This document shows, piece by piece, positions 19,896-29,911 of a DNA stretch of 47,889 nt. This DNA is from a virus (taxonomy: Duplodnaviria; Caudoviricetes): the IMG/VR virus record IMGVR_UViG_3300037419_000284, positions 1 through 47,889 of that record; one strand, written 5' to 3'. The position numbers were made by a program, and so were the translations under genes. The notes under the pieces are model-generated. The model saw nothing but the letters and a program-made list of their open reading frames with translations. It was not told where the DNA came from and ran no database searches. Every line of letters begins with the position of its first letter. The stretch's first letter is position 1.

Positions 19896-20612
19896 TTATG
19901 AACTCCATTGACCCGCTTGGTTTTTAACGAATACCTTGATAATCTTATCACCGTCACCTGGGCTTGCTACCTCTAGGTCTCCACCAGTGATAGTTACATT
20001 GATAGGTGTGTTAGCAGGGTAGTTACCACCAGTACCACTAGTAGCTACAGAACCATATGTAGTTGCAATTGCAGTACCCGCTGTATTAACAGCATTTGTA
20101 GCAGAAACGACTAAAACCTTATAGTCTGTAAATAATTGGTCTGATTGGAAGTTGAAGTTACATTGGTTTTTAGTTGCTTGCTTAGAAATCTTAGTTCTAT
20201 CAGGTGTGCTAAGTGACAGTGTAGGTAATGTAGTATTTAGGATAATTGTATCAGTTGCTTGACCTGATTGGTTTAATACATCATCATATAATCTAACATT
20301 TAGTGTCTTAGTAGCGTCACCAGTTGATAACTGAATTTGTTTTGATGCTGAGAAAGCAATCATTACTGCATCTGCCTCAACAGAAGGGTTATTTGTAGTA
20401 CCCGACTTTAAAATACCGTTTGAGATTCCCCAAGTGACATCAATATCACCCCAAATTTTCATTTGGTAGTTAGTCTTGTCGCTATCATCTGTACCAATAG
20501 TAGCTGTTACTAATTGCTGAGTTGCATATGTAGCACTGCTATTAATATTGATAGTGGGATTGGCAGGACCAGTATTATCATAGGTCAGCGTAAAATATGG
20601 ATTTGTAGCCAT
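19896..20612 (-). CDS. Two-domain Ig-like virion (head-associated) protein
   Basis: 238 aa, Thr/Asn-rich beta protein; YFTLTYDNTGP and KVFVKNQAGQWS motifs. Confidence 0.55.
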   Translation of the reverse strand: MATNPYFTLTYDNTGPANPTININSSATYATQQLVTATIGTDDSDKTNYQMKIWGDIDVTWGISNGILKSGTTNNPSVEADAVMIAFSASKQIQLSTGDATKTLNVRLYDDVLNQSGQATDTIILNTTLPTLSLSTPDRTKISKQATKNQCNFNFQSDQLFTDYKVLVVSATNAVNTAGTAIATTYGSVATSGTGGNYPANTPINVTITGGDLEVASPGDGDKIIKVFVKNQAGQWSS

Positions 20613-20629
20613 TAAAAATCACACTCCGT

Positions 20630-21148
20630 TTAAATTAATTGTTCGATTCTTTCTTTAACTATGTCGTACTTCTTGTTGCCCTCCATATCGAGTTCAACTG
20701 CTGTTGCTAGTACAAGTTTAAGGTTATCAACATTGTCGATTTTAGCTACTTCTTTCTCTAGAGTTTTCCAGTGTTTTTCTAGCAACTCAACAGCATCAAT
20801 CTTAGCGAATCCTACTTGTACCGATTTGCCACTCATATCAATTTCTTGAACATTTATTGCTTTATCAGATGGTTTAAATACTGTATGTTCTTTACCATTC
20901 GCAGTCTTAACATTTTCAGTATTAGCGATTCCTTTTTTAGACTTCTCCTCGCCAACCACCTCAACGTCAATATTTCCATTCTCATAGAAGAATTGTAGGT
21001 CATTTACTACTCTCTCAGGAAGTCGTCTAGTATCAACAGTAACTTCCTCGTCATGCCCTAATCCAAAAGCCTGAGATGCAATACGAGAGAATCCTTTGTT
21101 TTTAATATGAATAATTCCTTTAACCGATTTAATATCCATTATATTCAC
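20630..21148 (-). CDS. Hypothetical protein following the capsid gene
   Basis: 172 aa with RBS; helical C-terminus. Confidence 0.6.
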   Translation of the reverse strand: MNIMDIKSVKGIIHIKNKGFSRIASQAFGLGHDEEVTVDTRRLPERVVNDLQFFYENGNIDVEVVGEEKSKKGIANTENVKTANGKEHTVFKPSDKAINVQEIDMSGKSVQVGFAKIDAVELLEKHWKTLEKEVAKIDNVDNLKLVLATAVELDMEGNKKYDIVKERIEQLI

Positions 21149-21169
21149 CTTTTACCTTTCCTTTTTTAA

Positions 21170-21208
21170 AAATAGAAACCCACCCCCCTAACAGGAGGGG
21201 CAGTGGGC
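21170..21208 (-). terminator. Intrinsic terminator after the major capsid gene
   Basis: GC-rich stem CCCAC..GTGGG followed by TTTCTATTTT on the minus strand. Confidence 0.6.
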
Positions 21209-21246
21209 TAGATTATACTATAGTTATATTATATTGCTAGGTTATC

Positions 21247-22185
21247 TTATTGACCTGCTAATAGTGCGTAAGGAGCACCTGCAAGGTTAGCGTAAAGCAT
21301 AGCTTTCTTGTCGATTACAGCGAAACCGATTTCTTCAAATGCGATAACACCTGCACGCAATCTACGGATAGCAGTTGGGTCGTCAAATGTAGTCATACGA
21401 GAACGGATAGGCATAACTCCAAGGCGAGAAGTATCGAATAGGAATACTTCGTTATCTCCTAAAGTACGAAGTTCACGGATTTCAATATTGAATACTGAAC
21501 CGATTCCTCCTGCTTGGAAGATTTCTCTTTGAGTTAAGTAGTCGATAGTAGTTGTAGTCCACGCACGAATGTCAGACGCTCTACGAGGAGATACATAAAC
21601 TACAGTAGGCATATATCCTGATACTTGTTTCATTTCAGTCATTAACTGATTGAAAAGGTCTTTAGATAATGCAGTTTCAGAAGTAGTAAGTGTGTTAGAT
21701 GCTTGGATAGCACCACGAATAGTGTCCCAACCTGCTTTTTCTTCTGCACGAACAAAAGACTCAGCTAATTTTTCTAGAGCACGCTCAACGATGTTGTAAC
21801 GACCATCACGGATGAAAGTTAGTTTCCACTCTACAGAGTTAGATACCTCGAAAGTAGGAACGATTAAGCTGTCACCAGTTACAATGTTCTGAGGTACTGC
21901 ACCCATACGAGGCATAACTACCGCAGTTTCAAGGTCGTTCAAGTCTACTGGATACTCACAAAGTGCTCCCGCAGGAAGTTCGTCTACCATGAAAATGTCA
22001 CGAACAGATGTTTGTGGAGCAATAGTTTTTAATACAGGGATGCTTAAGCTAGCCGCAAATGCAGAACGAAGTTGTTCGTTGTCAGCAGTTGCTTTGAAGT
22101 CTTCGATAAATTGGTTTAATTCTGCTCCTGCTAGAGATTTGTTCTCTTTATAGTTATGAGCAAGAGAAATTTTGAAATCGTTCAT
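21247..22185 (-). CDS. Major capsid protein (HK97 fold inferred)
   Basis: 312 aa; follows protease/scaffold and decoration genes; strongly biased codons; terminator downstream. Confidence 0.8.
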   Translation of the reverse strand: MNDFKISLAHNYKENKSLAGAELNQFIEDFKATADNEQLRSAFAASLSIPVLKTIAPQTSVRDIFMVDELPAGALCEYPVDLNDLETAVVMPRMGAVPQNIVTGDSLIVPTFEVSNSVEWKLTFIRDGRYNIVERALEKLAESFVRAEEKAGWDTIRGAIQASNTLTTSETALSKDLFNQLMTEMKQVSGYMPTVVYVSPRRASDIRAWTTTTIDYLTQREIFQAGGIGSVFNIEIRELRTLGDNEVFLFDTSRLGVMPIRSRMTTFDDPTAIRRLRAGVIAFEEIGFAVIDKKAMLYANLAGAPYALLAGQ

Positions 22186-22214
22186 TATTATTTAACCTCC
22201 ATTATAGTTTATAA

Positions 22215-22637
22215 TTATTTTACAAATGAAATACGAGTTTTTGTGTTACCTGAACCTGCTGTTTCAGCAATAGCTACATTACCAGTGAAACCAGTACCAG
22301 GAGCAGTAGCAGTGAATTGACCATTAGCACCTACATAAAGTTTAGCACCTTCAGCGAAAGAACCACCTGCGATGTTATCAGTGTAGTATTGACCTCCTTG
22401 GAAGTATACACCTACTTTTTCACCGTAGAAAGCTAAGTGAGTTACAGAGTCAAGTTTGAAGTTGTTTACACTACGAGAACGAACATCTTGTGCTAGAACA
22501 CCATATGGCTCGTCACCTGCGTTACATACAACTACACTACCTGATGGTCCTAGTTTAACTAGAGTACCTGCGTTTGTATCTGCGTTAGGAGCAGTTAAGA
22601 ATACATTAAGTTTACCTTCTTGAACAGCTTTAAACAT
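22215..22637 (-). CDS. Capsid decoration/cement protein
   Basis: 140 aa, Gly-rich beta protein, GAKLYVGANGQFT; directly upstream of the capsid gene. Confidence 0.65.
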   Translation of the reverse strand: MFKAVQEGKLNVFLTAPNADTNAGTLVKLGPSGSVVVCNAGDEPYGVLAQDVRSRSVNNFKLDSVTHLAFYGEKVGVYFQGGQYYTDNIAGGSFAEGAKLYVGANGQFTATAPGTGFTGNVAIAETAGSGNTKTRISFVK

Positions 22638-22661
22638 TATTGATTTTCCTCCTTAAAGTTA

Positions 22662-24236
22662 TTAGTCAGCTAAGTGACCAAATGGTTTGATTAATTTTGG
22701 TGTTTCTAGTTCAACATTAAGGCTAGCAGATGCTACCTCAGCGTTTTCAACTACTACTTCTTCTACAACTTCTTCTTCTACACTAGCCTCAGCAACCTCA
22801 GGTGCTTTAACTCCTGCGATTTCAACTAAGAACTCTTTGTAGTCAGCGAATGAAGTATCATCCATAGCAGAGATTTTTTCTAATTCCTTAGACTTACGAG
22901 CCTCAGAGAACTCAATACCTGCCTCAGCAAGTTCAGCCATACGGTTATTAGCTTTTACTTCTTTCTCACTAGCCTCTACTTTTGACTTTAATGCATCAAA
23001 CTCAGCTTGTAAGCTAGCTAATGCAGTATCTTTAGTAGATAGTTCAGCTTGTAATTCAGCAACTTTAGCTTCTAACTCACTAGCCTTAGAATCTTTCTTA
23101 TCATTCTTATCCTCAGGGTCGTTAGAATCATCGTCACCGTCATTGTCAGGGTCTACAGCTTTCTTAGCCTCAACTTCCTCAGCAACAACTTCTTCGGTAA
23201 CGTCAGTTGCTACAACTTCTAATTCTTCTTGAACAACTTCTTCTTCAATAGAATTAGCTTTTGCCTTATCTTCCATCTCTAAATCCTCCTTGTCTTGTTC
23301 ATCTTCAAAAGGTTCAACAGATGCGATAGAAAGAACTTCTTCTTCACTAGCAACACCCTTATAGAAGTCGTCACTGATTGAATAAATTTCAGTAATTAAT
23401 GAACTAACTATATTTTTAATATCAGCAAGTACCATATCTTTTGAAGTGACTTCTTGTTTATTAAATTTATTGACAACAGTTGATTTCGCCTTATCGAAAG
23501 CCTTAGTAAACTTAGCGATAGTAACTGCATCAAGCACTTCCTTAGGTTGTTGTTTCTTTGTAAAATCGTTCTGCTCTCTATTGAACTCTGCTAATGCTAG
23601 TTCTTCCTCTGATTGCTTTTTAGCAACTGATAGGAATACTGCATCTTTATCAGCAGGATTCGCAACAACACCGACTCCGCCAAAGATAACATCTGAGAAC
23701 ACTCTATATACTTTTTGACCCATGTATTCACGACCTACATAATCAGTAAGCCCTAATTGGTCTGCTTGGTCTTGGCTGAAAATCTGTTCTCCATATTTGT
23801 AGTTAGCATCTCTATAGAAACATTCCATAGACAGTTTCAGTCCCCCTGTAGAAGACTTCGCTTTTATGCTATCTGCTAAATCAGGATAGTGAAACTTCCA
23901 TATAGCACCTACAGCCTCTATATAACCAATACCTTCTGCTGTTTCACCGTATTGACTATCTAGGATAGTACCGATGAAAGGTTGACCATGCTCCCAATCA
24001 ATAGGTTTGAATCTAGGAGTATATTGTGCTCTTTGTAATACATCTTTTGTAAATGTATCACCATTTGCATTGACACCTTCATGACACATAATGAATTTAG
24101 CATACATAAGGTCAGGGTCTAGTTGAATATCTTCTCTATCGGCAAGTCCCGCAAATGACTTTTTAACATCATCAAACTTTACTTCCTCGATAGATTCGAC
24201 TTGCATCTCAATTTTCTTTGCATTTGCTTTTTCCAT
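22662..24236 (-). CDS. Prohead protease fused to acidic scaffold
   Basis: 524 aa; N-terminal NANGDTF..PIDWEH..LSMEC..GVVANPAD; acidic coiled-coil C-terminal part; internal RBS and ATG at 23276. Confidence 0.75.
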   Translation of the reverse strand: MEKANAKKIEMQVESIEEVKFDDVKKSFAGLADREDIQLDPDLMYAKFIMCHEGVNANGDTFTKDVLQRAQYTPRFKPIDWEHGQPFIGTILDSQYGETAEGIGYIEAVGAIWKFHYPDLADSIKAKSSTGGLKLSMECFYRDANYKYGEQIFSQDQADQLGLTDYVGREYMGQKVYRVFSDVIFGGVGVVANPADKDAVFLSVAKKQSEEELALAEFNREQNDFTKKQQPKEVLDAVTIAKFTKAFDKAKSTVVNKFNKQEVTSKDMVLADIKNIVSSLITEIYSISDDFYKGVASEEEVLSIASVEPFEDEQDKEDLEMEDKAKANSIEEEVVQEELEVVATDVTEEVVAEEVEAKKAVDPDNDGDDDSNDPEDKNDKKDSKASELEAKVAELQAELSTKDTALASLQAEFDALKSKVEASEKEVKANNRMAELAEAGIEFSEARKSKELEKISAMDDTSFADYKEFLVEIAGVKAPEVAEASVEEEVVEEVVVENAEVASASLNVELETPKLIKPFGHLAD

Positions 24237-24253
24237 GTACTTTTTTCACCACC

Positions 24254-26497
24254 TTAACTAAAGTCTAAACCACAACGACAATGAGGGTGCGGTCTTGGTG
24301 GAATATCATTCATACCGAACGCTTTACCATTTAGACCAGTACATGTAGAACAAGTTCTATCATCAATATGTGCTACCCAAGTCGCTGTACTCATTCCTGC
24401 GAACTGATTACCTTGAATCTTTGCTTGTCTTAGAGTATCTAATGCAACTGATTCAGACATAGCAGAAACTCTATACATATTGCTAGAAAAAACTTTATTC
24501 ACAGCTACAGTAGTTGGTAGACCATCTTTAATATTCTTTAAGATGTTGTCTTTAATGTCATAAGCTAACTTATGAACATAACTGTCATTCCAATCCTTAA
24601 GCTGTTGCTTAACTTGGTTAGCTTTATTGAAGTCAATATCATTTGCGTAGTTAGTAATTTCGTTATCATACATTTCGTCAATATACTTATCACTAGTTCT
24701 ACTTAATGATGCAAATAATCCTATTAAAGCACCTACTAGAAAAGCGTCTAACACAGATGGGTCTTTGTCCTTATTCTGTTCGACTAGATTTGCTACTTTA
24801 TTCTTGATAGAATTATAAGAATCTGCCAACTCAGTGACATATTCTTCTTGTACTCGACTAGAATATGCCATATGGAAATCAGCTTTAGCTTTAGGGGCAT
24901 TTCCGTCATTTTGAGTAGGCGAAGTCTGTCTTTCCTTCATTGGTTTTTGGGTCTTGCCATCATTAGGCTTACCCTTGTTTGGACCTGTCTGACCACCTTG
25001 GAAAGGTTGCTCAGGAGGTAGGAAGAATTGCGAGTTCTTCTTGTTACGCTTTTTAGTTTCAAGAATAGACTCGTAATCATGACCAGTTTCACTAAGAATA
25101 TCTTCTTCATCAAGTAATCCTCTATCATACATAGGAAGTAATACCTGTGCGACATATGTATCTTCACGAAGGTTCATCTTATTGAATACTGCTCTTGGAT
25201 ATGTAGGAAGTTTGTTTTCTTCTGCAATCCGTCTATATTCGGCATTTAACCATTGGGTTACTTTATATCTAGTATTATCTAATCTCTCAATTAATGAAAG
25301 TGTTGCAATCCAACCATTTGACATACTACTACGACTTGAACCTCCACCATCAACAAGTACTCTATTAACTCCTAGACCTGCCATAATATCTTCGTCTACT
25401 TGTTTGTACTTATCTTGGCTTAGTGTTTCAAAGCCCTCAGGTTTATGGAAATTAACTTCTAGAGTATGATTCCAAAACACAGTGTATGCTTTATTAGGTG
25501 TATTGAATAGTTCTGCGATTGCCTCTAAATCTTCATCTCCCGCAGGAAATTCGTCATTACCAACAGTAACAGTAACTAATTGATTTACCATTCCTTCAAC
25601 CATTGACATATCTAGCAATCTTAATTTTTGCTTAAACATGATTGGCTCGAATACTCTTTCTAAGAATGGGTTTGCGTATCTTTCATATGGTTGTTTCTTT
25701 CTAGTAATACTTGTGAATAAATTAGGGTCTAACTTAATCTTACCTGTCTTAGGGTCTATCATATTAGCTATGTTAGGTGGTAACTGAGTCATTAAGTTCT
25801 CAGCACTGTCAGCAGATGTAACTTGTGACTGACTAATAGCTAAGTAGGCTTGTGGTTGATTGAATAACATACTACCTTCGATATATACATTTAGTGGGTT
25901 TAAGATTGTATACCCTGATGGAAAGTTGTATGTACTACTCTTTTGAACCTTGCCCGCCTTAGTCTTAGTTGTTTTACTAACTTTAGCGTTTGTCTTATTA
26001 CGATAAATAAATACATTACCAGTTCTCCAATACTCTAGGAAAATCTGTTCTATTAATTCTTGTAATTGTACTTCGTCTGCCCACTTGTCAAATAACTGCT
26101 TTACTTCGTTATCTTCACACTCATGGACAAAGCCACTTGAACTAAAATCGACCATCATATCAATTACTGTAGCTACAAGAGGTTCATGTTTGTAAATTTC
26201 CATAGCCATATACATTTTGTGATGTGGAATGATAGGAGTTTTCATAGCGTATGTATATGGTTTGTTATTTGAATTGTACTCATAACCAAGAAAGTCGTTA
26301 CCGTTTGGGATATAACGGCTTTGCACGCTACCTTTAGCTAACCTTGGTTCTCCTTCAATGCCATATGGTACATTATTTTTATCTAATATATCCATATATT
26401 GTTGCATATTAGTAGGGTCAACTTTTAAAGTAACCTGTTTTTTACCGTTTCCTAAGTCGGCTTTGCTTACTATATAGTCTTTTTTATCTTCGCTCAT
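24254..26497 (-). CDS. Portal protein fused to an SPP1 gp7/Mu gpF-like head morphogenesis domain
   Basis: 747 aa right after TerL; C-terminal DDRTCSTC..PPRPHPHCRC motif. Confidence 0.8.
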   Translation of the reverse strand: MSEDKKDYIVSKADLGNGKKQVTLKVDPTNMQQYMDILDKNNVPYGIEGEPRLAKGSVQSRYIPNGNDFLGYEYNSNNKPYTYAMKTPIIPHHKMYMAMEIYKHEPLVATVIDMMVDFSSSGFVHECEDNEVKQLFDKWADEVQLQELIEQIFLEYWRTGNVFIYRNKTNAKVSKTTKTKAGKVQKSSTYNFPSGYTILNPLNVYIEGSMLFNQPQAYLAISQSQVTSADSAENLMTQLPPNIANMIDPKTGKIKLDPNLFTSITRKKQPYERYANPFLERVFEPIMFKQKLRLLDMSMVEGMVNQLVTVTVGNDEFPAGDEDLEAIAELFNTPNKAYTVFWNHTLEVNFHKPEGFETLSQDKYKQVDEDIMAGLGVNRVLVDGGGSSRSSMSNGWIATLSLIERLDNTRYKVTQWLNAEYRRIAEENKLPTYPRAVFNKMNLREDTYVAQVLLPMYDRGLLDEEDILSETGHDYESILETKKRNKKNSQFFLPPEQPFQGGQTGPNKGKPNDGKTQKPMKERQTSPTQNDGNAPKAKADFHMAYSSRVQEEYVTELADSYNSIKNKVANLVEQNKDKDPSVLDAFLVGALIGLFASLSRTSDKYIDEMYDNEITNYANDIDFNKANQVKQQLKDWNDSYVHKLAYDIKDNILKNIKDGLPTTVAVNKVFSSNMYRVSAMSESVALDTLRQAKIQGNQFAGMSTATWVAHIDDRTCSTCTGLNGKAFGMNDIPPRPHPHCRCGLDFS

Positions 26498-26556
26498 TTA
26501 GTGGCTCAACTCCTCTCTATATTATATTTACGGAACGCATATAAAAACTTTGCAAC

Positions 26557-28221
26557 CTAGTAACTTCTACCGCTATTAAGATATGAAGTTCTAGTAAATC
26601 CTTTTGCTAGTTTCTTTACAGGTGGTCCTCCCCAATCCTTTTGAAGTTCTCTAGCACCCTGACAGCACAATAAGAAAGCAGAGTATCTATCTTTCTTCAT
26701 CTTTTGCTTAGGTGTATCAAAGTGTAAGAAACCTGACTTCATAGGTGTTGGTACGATTGTCATAGTCTCTTGAATCATAGACTCTATCTCGTCAAATAAA
26801 TCTCTATATACTACACCTATCTCCCCTTCCTCAGTTTGAGGTTGAGTTGGCATAATAACCCTATTCTTTTCTAGGTCTGCTCTTAGGTCATAGTTCATAG
26901 TGTTGATAGATTGAGCACTAAATACTTGCATCCTTAAGATACGCTCACCTGATAGATATTGTTGTTCTTCATCATCCATATCAATGATAGCGGGGTCAGT
27001 TTTCCAAACACCTTGCTCTGCATCAAACCATGCATATTCCTCTGCAAGATAGTCCTTGATTGTTTGTCCACCACCACCGTTATCCATATGTATTCTAGCA
27101 ACTCTACCGCCATTCTTACTATACTGTCTAACAATATAACGGATAAAATCATGCATCTCAGGGAATGTCTTACGGTTTAATGAGTAACAAGCTACAATCT
27201 TATTAGGATTTCCTAGCTTTAATACTGTCAATGCGAAGTTATCACCACTACGGGCGGGGTCAATTCCTAATACATATTCTGAACCTTTGCTACCCTCTGC
27301 CTCTAATAGTACAGATGATTTTCTAGCACCAAACATAAGTTTTGCAGGGAAGAATCCGTCAGATTCAGCAGGGAATAAACACTCATACTCCATTTGGAAT
27401 TGTAATTCAGATAGCTGTTGTTTTGCCTCTGCAATAATAGCTTCGTCCATCCATCCCTTAGGCATATCATAAACAGAGAAAACATGGAGTCCGTAGTTAG
27501 GATTGAAGTCGGGACTTTTCTTATCTGTTCTTTCTTTATATGCTAAGTACTTATCGTATAGATGGTTGAATTGGTAGTAAGCTGAACTTGCCATAACTAA
27601 ATGGTTTTTCCGTCCAGTTGTATCGAATGGGTCTTGCTTAACGTTCATCATTGGTAGGATAACCAAGTTGATGATGTCAGCAGGAATTTGTGCTACCTCG
27701 TCCATTACTAGAGTGTTGGCACGAGCACCACGGATTTTGTTTCCGTCACCTAAAGGGTAACAGATAATCTTTGAACCGTTCTCGAAATGATGTTCACAAC
27801 TGTTTGGACCTTTTGTAGGTTCTTTTGTAGTTGCCTGTCGTAGCAACGGTGATTCATCATAGAACTTTATAATTTCATCAAATGTAAATTGTGCTTGTCG
27901 ATATGAAGAAGATGCAACCACACATTTCTCACGAGGATATAGCATAGCTTTGAGAACGCAATAAAGAGCCAATAAGAATGTCTTACCACCACCACGAGTC
28001 AGTATAAGCAGGTTAAACTGGTGATTCCATAGACCTCTTATAATAAGTCTTTGGTGAACAGCTAATCTTAGAGGCTTATCATTACGAACTAGCAATCTAC
28101 TAGCCGCAACATCAGGGTTCTCTATGAAAATCTTCATCATATCTCTATGTCCTTCATTATAGAGACTACTTATTTGTTGTGGATTGTTATTCTCCATCTT
28201 CTTCATCCTCGTCTTTAACAA
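26557..28221 (-). CDS. terL: Terminase large subunit
   Basis: Walker A TRGGGKT, IRGAR, Walker B LVMDE, nuclease LGIDPA; true start may be 28197. Confidence 0.93.
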   Translation of the reverse strand: MLKTRMKKMENNNPQQISSLYNEGHRDMMKIFIENPDVAASRLLVRNDKPLRLAVHQRLIIRGLWNHQFNLLILTRGGGKTFLLALYCVLKAMLYPREKCVVASSSYRQAQFTFDEIIKFYDESPLLRQATTKEPTKGPNSCEHHFENGSKIICYPLGDGNKIRGARANTLVMDEVAQIPADIINLVILPMMNVKQDPFDTTGRKNHLVMASSAYYQFNHLYDKYLAYKERTDKKSPDFNPNYGLHVFSVYDMPKGWMDEAIIAEAKQQLSELQFQMEYECLFPAESDGFFPAKLMFGARKSSVLLEAEGSKGSEYVLGIDPARSGDNFALTVLKLGNPNKIVACYSLNRKTFPEMHDFIRYIVRQYSKNGGRVARIHMDNGGGGQTIKDYLAEEYAWFDAEQGVWKTDPAIIDMDDEEQQYLSGERILRMQVFSAQSINTMNYDLRADLEKNRVIMPTQPQTEEGEIGVVYRDLFDEIESMIQETMTIVPTPMKSGFLHFDTPKQKMKKDRYSAFLLCCQGARELQKDWGGPPVKKLAKGFTRTSYLNSGRSY

Positions 28222-28861
28222 CTACATACTGGTCGTTAATATCGGAGGTCTTTTTCTCTAGAAGAAACTTTTCTTCTTCTTCTCTTAACTTCTTAAGTTC
28301 ATCCTCTACGCTACCTTGCATAAGTTCCCTAGCAAATTGTTGGGCGATTGTAGCAATATTAAGACTAGCAACTTTATCATCTTGCTTAAGACGTTGCTTT
28401 CTCAATGCTCCTAAATCTTCTAATGCAGTACGAAGTCGTCTAGTGCAATCATTAAGAGGTCTCTCAATATCAATAGATGGATTATTTGCTTGTTTAGTAT
28501 AAAGCCTCATTAGAATAACTTCTTCCATTATAGCTGTATGCAAAATAATTTCATCTGCTGAACCATTAATATCATAGTCGTTTAGGTATTTTTCTTGTCT
28601 TTCAAAATAGTACACTTGTTCATCTTCATTAAGGATTTTTCTGACATAGCCACCATGCCTTAAGTTCGTTGGTGAATCAGAACTGTTCCTTCCTACTTGT
28701 AAGTTTGCCAATGCCTTTTTCTTCCCTTCCACCGTTTTCGGTCCTGTTAAGTTTTTTGCCTTGTATGCTAATTTTTCATCACTTGTAAATATAGGAGTTT
28801 TCTTCCACTCTTTATTAGCTATATCTTGCAATTCATCATCATTTAATTTCCTTCTCACCAT
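28187..28861 (-). CDS. Terminase small subunit (putative)
   Basis: Overlaps the TerL start; TGPKTVEGKKKALANL..RHGGY motif; AAGGAG RBS supports ATG 28861 rather than 28915. Confidence 0.65.
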   Translation of the reverse strand: MVRRKLNDDELQDIANKEWKKTPIFTSDEKLAYKAKNLTGPKTVEGKKKALANLQVGRNSSDSPTNLRHGGYVRKILNEDEQVYYFERQEKYLNDYDINGSADEIILHTAIMEEVILMRLYTKQANNPSIDIERPLNDCTRRLRTALEDLGALRKQRLKQDDKVASLNIATIAQQFARELMQGSVEDELKKLREEEEKFLLEKKTSDINDQYVVVKDEDEEDGE

Positions 28862-29019
28862 GTTATCACGCTCCTTCTTAAAAAGATTGGCTATCGGCAA
28901 GGGGATAGTAGCCAAATAGCCAAAAGGTTTGAGAGGTGTAAAAGGGGAAGATAATGGATATTACATAACACTCATTCTTATTTATTTCTAAAAAATATGC
29001 CATTTTGTGTTTTTCGCCC

Positions 29020-29048
29020 TTGACATTATAGGAACAAATTGGTATTAT
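29020..29048 (+). promoter_or_regulatory. sigmaA-type promoter of the recombinase gene
   Basis: TTGACA-17 nt-TATTAT. Confidence 0.7.
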
Positions 29049-29086
29049 TGTGTTATCGGAACAAACAAACATTGGAGGTTGGTACA

Positions 29087-29911
29087 ATGGAAAAATACCT
29101 TAATCATTTTTTGAACTATATTCGTGTCGAGAAAAACCTTTCTCAAAATACTATTGTTGCTTATAGGAAAGACATTGAACAGTACTTTAATATGTGTAAT
29201 ATCAAAGGACTAGAACAACTTGATAAATTTACTATACGAGATTATTTGTCGAAAATTAGTAAGCTAGCACCTACGTCTAGACGAAGAAAACTATCAGCTT
29301 TACGAGCCTTTATGGGCTTTCTGTCCAGTGAAGGCATAATTGAAAAGAACTTCGCATCAGAGATAGAGAACGCAAAAATCGACAAACGATTGCCTAAGGT
29401 CTTATCTGTTAATGAGACCGCTAGTATAATTGATTCTGCTAATAGCATCCAAGATAGAGCAATATTAGAAACACTATATGGATTAGGTTGTCGTGTTTCT
29501 GAACTTGTAAATATAAAAGTTAGTGATATTGAATTTGATGATAGGACGGTCAGATTGTTCGGTAAAGGAAACAAGGAAAGAATTGTACCAATAAACAATG
29601 CCTCACTATCTGCAATTATAGAACACCTTAATACAAGAGGTTTTAATAGCGAATATGTATTTGCTAGTCGTGTATTAGCTGAAAGACCAATGACTACTAA
29701 GAATGTAAGTAGAGTGGTTGCTAAATATAGTGAGGCACACCCTCATATGTTCAGACACAGTTACGCTACACACTTGCATGCTAATGGTGTTGATATAAAT
29801 GTTATTAAAGACTTACTTGGTCATGCCGACATTAGCACAACAACAATCTATACTCATGTTGCAAACGAACAAATGACTAGAGCATATCGTCATGCTCACC
29901 CAAGGGGCTAA
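29087..29911 (+). CDS. XerC/XerD-like tyrosine recombinase
   Basis: GCRVSEL, GKGNKER, HPHMFRHSYATH, LLGH..STTTIY; GGAGG RBS before ATG 29087. Confidence 0.92.
   Translation: MEKYLNHFLNYIRVEKNLSQNTIVAYRKDIEQYFNMCNIKGLEQLDKFTIRDYLSKISKLAPTSRRRKLSALRAFMGFLSSEGIIEKNFASEIENAKIDKRLPKVLSVNETASIIDSANSIQDRAILETLYGLGCRVSELVNIKVSDIEFDDRTVRLFGKGNKERIVPINNASLSAIIEHLNTRGFNSEYVFASRVLAERPMTTKNVSRVVAKYSEAHPHMFRHSYATHLHANGVDINVIKDLLGHADISTTTIYTHVANEQMTRAYRHAHPRG

Noticed and set aside
28888-28924. TTGGCTA/TAGCCAA repeats upstream of the small terminase as a pac or att site
   Set aside because: The repeats are real but short, and nothing in the window ties them to packaging or recombination
13244-29072. LexA (Cheo) boxes at GAAC-containing sites near 13250, 15038, 26533 and 29060
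   Set aside because: Only half-sites match GAAC-N4-GTTC; too weak to call
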